DNA from: Octopus bimaculoides
Lineage: Eukaryota
DNA: 64,000 nt
Assembly: GCF_001194135.2 (NCBI RefSeq)
Contig: NC_068985.1
Coordinates: forward strand, 39,869,032 to 39,933,031
Direction of reading: 5' to 3'
The notes below the pieces were generated by a model. That model saw only the letters and a list, made by a program, of their open reading frames with translations. It did no database searches and was not told where the DNA came from. Below are positions 62,356 to 64,000 of the stretch, in pieces (the first letter of the stretch is position 1; every line of letters begins with the position of its first letter). The position numbers were made by a program, and so were the translations under genes.

Positions 62356-63261
62356 TCTGAGAAAAATTTTTTGAAAATTCAAGAACAGCGCCGCCAAAAA
62401 AGTCATGAGCTTTTTGAAATTCAAATGAGTCTTCGGAAGATCAATGCTGAGCTGGAGAAGATAAACCGAGCCGATGATAAATACTTGGCATTGCTAACTC
62501 AAGAGCATGCAATCATACAGAGAGAGGCAAACTTAAACAATGATTTAAGCGATCTTGAAAAGCTAGAGAAGGAACATTTCACAGCTCTATCAATATCAGT
62601 ACGAGAAAGTCATGAAAAAGAACGTGCTCAATCTGAGAAAACCAAATATTGGTCTGTTATTGGTTCCATTATTGGTGCCTTGCTAGGTATAATTGGTACA
62701 ACCATAAACAACAAAATGAGAATGAATGAGTTACGTTCAATTGTGACCAAATCTACTGAAGAGGGGCAACAGCAAAGGGATTTAACAGAGAAGGTAATTG
62801 CTGCTTTAAAGAAACAATTGGCTTCAACAGAGGCTTTCATCTCTGAATTACATGGAGTATTGAAATCAAATGTGTTAACTCCAGCAACTCTCTCTAATAT
62901 GGGAGAACAATTTATTCATTACAATAAGGAACACTCTAAAGATTCAACTGCTGCTTTCTTAACTGGTAGCTCCCAAAAACTGGAGCAGCAAACTGCAGAG
63001 TTATTGACCTGCCTTAAACACCAGGACAAATACCTAACAATTGAACTGGCAGCCATTAAAGAACTCTTACAAAAAACTCATGTGGATGTAAACAAAGATG
63101 GCATTATCTATATTAACCCTGATATTGATCACCATCTTGAAGATAATAATCGGAAACTGGAACAACGCTTGAAATTGCACTCTTTAGCAACAGTGACTTT
63201 CATTTATGCAGCATTTGCTTTAACTCTGCCTGTACTGTATTCAATCTTTCGAGGGAACTGA
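62356..63261 (+). CDS. CCDC51: CCDC51 (MITOK) exon 2
   Basis: ttttacAG acceptor; coiled coil; SVRESHEKERAQSEKTKYWSVIGSIIGALLGIIGTT.NN..R..ELR matches the CCDC51 signature; C-terminal TM. Total 377 aa. Confidence 0.93.
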   Translation, partial: SEKNFLKIQEQRRQKSHELFEIQMSLRKINAELEKINRADDKYLALLTQEHAIIQREANLNNDLSDLEKLEKEHFTALSISVRESHEKERAQSEKTKYWSVIGSIIGALLGIIGTTINNKMRMNELRSIVTKSTEEGQQQRDLTEKVIAALKKQLASTEAFISELHGVLKSNVLTPATLSNMGEQFIHYNKEHSKDSTAAFLTGSSQKLEQQTAELLTCLKHQDKYLTIELAAIKELLQKTHVDVNKDGIIYINPDIDHHLEDNNRKLEQRLKLHSLATVTFIYAAFALTLPVLYSIFRGN

Positions 63262-64000
63262 ATCATTGTGATTTTTTAGAAGAAAAAAAAGAAAAAAATT
63301 CATGGTATGAATTTTATCTGAATCTGTGATAGCAAATTTTGTATCTACACAATGCCTTCCTGTTTTGTTTTTAATGATTTATTTGTGATTTCTCATATTT
63401 TCTTATAAGACTTGAGAGATTTGCTGATCATTTAAATTGTTATTTTCGTAGACTGATGTTGATATTGTAACATCATAGCAGCATCTACTAAGATATAAAG
63501 ATTAACAAATGAGGTGGGTGTGGGATTATATTGTATCTTTTTGATTAGCTATTGAAAGTTTCATTTTTGTATAAATCACTTGAACGATTTTTTTCAACAA
63601 TGATTGCATTTTCTGCTTCCAGGCACAAATGTAAAGATGTCTGCTTTTATTACATTGAGACCTTAAACTGATTCAAATTGACTGAACAATTTCTAATAAC
63701 CATTTCCATCTGACTCTCAATACACAAAAACTATAAATGACAAGACACCAAAACATTCTTCTGCCAATCACTATATTCTTCATTAATATTTTAAAAAATA
63801 AGAAATAAAATAGAAACCACTTTAAAAGATGAGGAAAACAATTTTGCGTAATGACATTGGAAAATTTCTTCGGAATGCTTTTAGCATGAAAAACATACAT
63901 TTAAGTGTAGGCTACTATACTTAATGTATCCTCATTCTGTTGTGTTAATCTGCACTTGTCAGCACAGTTCATAGTAATTTGTTTCAAACCATATGGTCTC

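Overview
AT-rich, repeat-dense metazoan genomic DNA with 8 assembly gaps; the RTE-LINE and SINE content suggests a cephalopod, probably Octopus (inference). I reconstructed three protein-coding genes by hand from splice signals and reading-frame phase. (1) ENGASE, a cytosolic GH85 endo-beta-N-acetylglucosaminidase: + strand, 12 exons, 15738-40790, 628 aa. (2) A LENG9-like protein with RWD + MJ1316(DUF504) + AKAP7-like 2H-phosphoesterase domains: - strand, 47217-44531, 483 aa. (3) CCDC51/MITOK: + strand, 2 exons, 59328-63261, 377 aa. A canonical tRNA-Gly(GCC) lies about 525 bp upstream of CCDC51. The rest is mostly RTE LINE fragments and 3' tails, tRNA-derived SINEs, CRE, CR1 and Penelope relics, a truncated Gypsy element, a solo LTR, an LTR-like pair, mariner/pogo-type elements and microsatellites. 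The best candidate for something new is the RWD-MJ1316-2H protein, a putative RNA cyclic-phosphate/2'-5' end-processing enzyme with both HxT motifs intact. Next is a two-armed hammerhead-like palindrome at 50446-50513. All homology calls come from recognised motifs, not from database searches.
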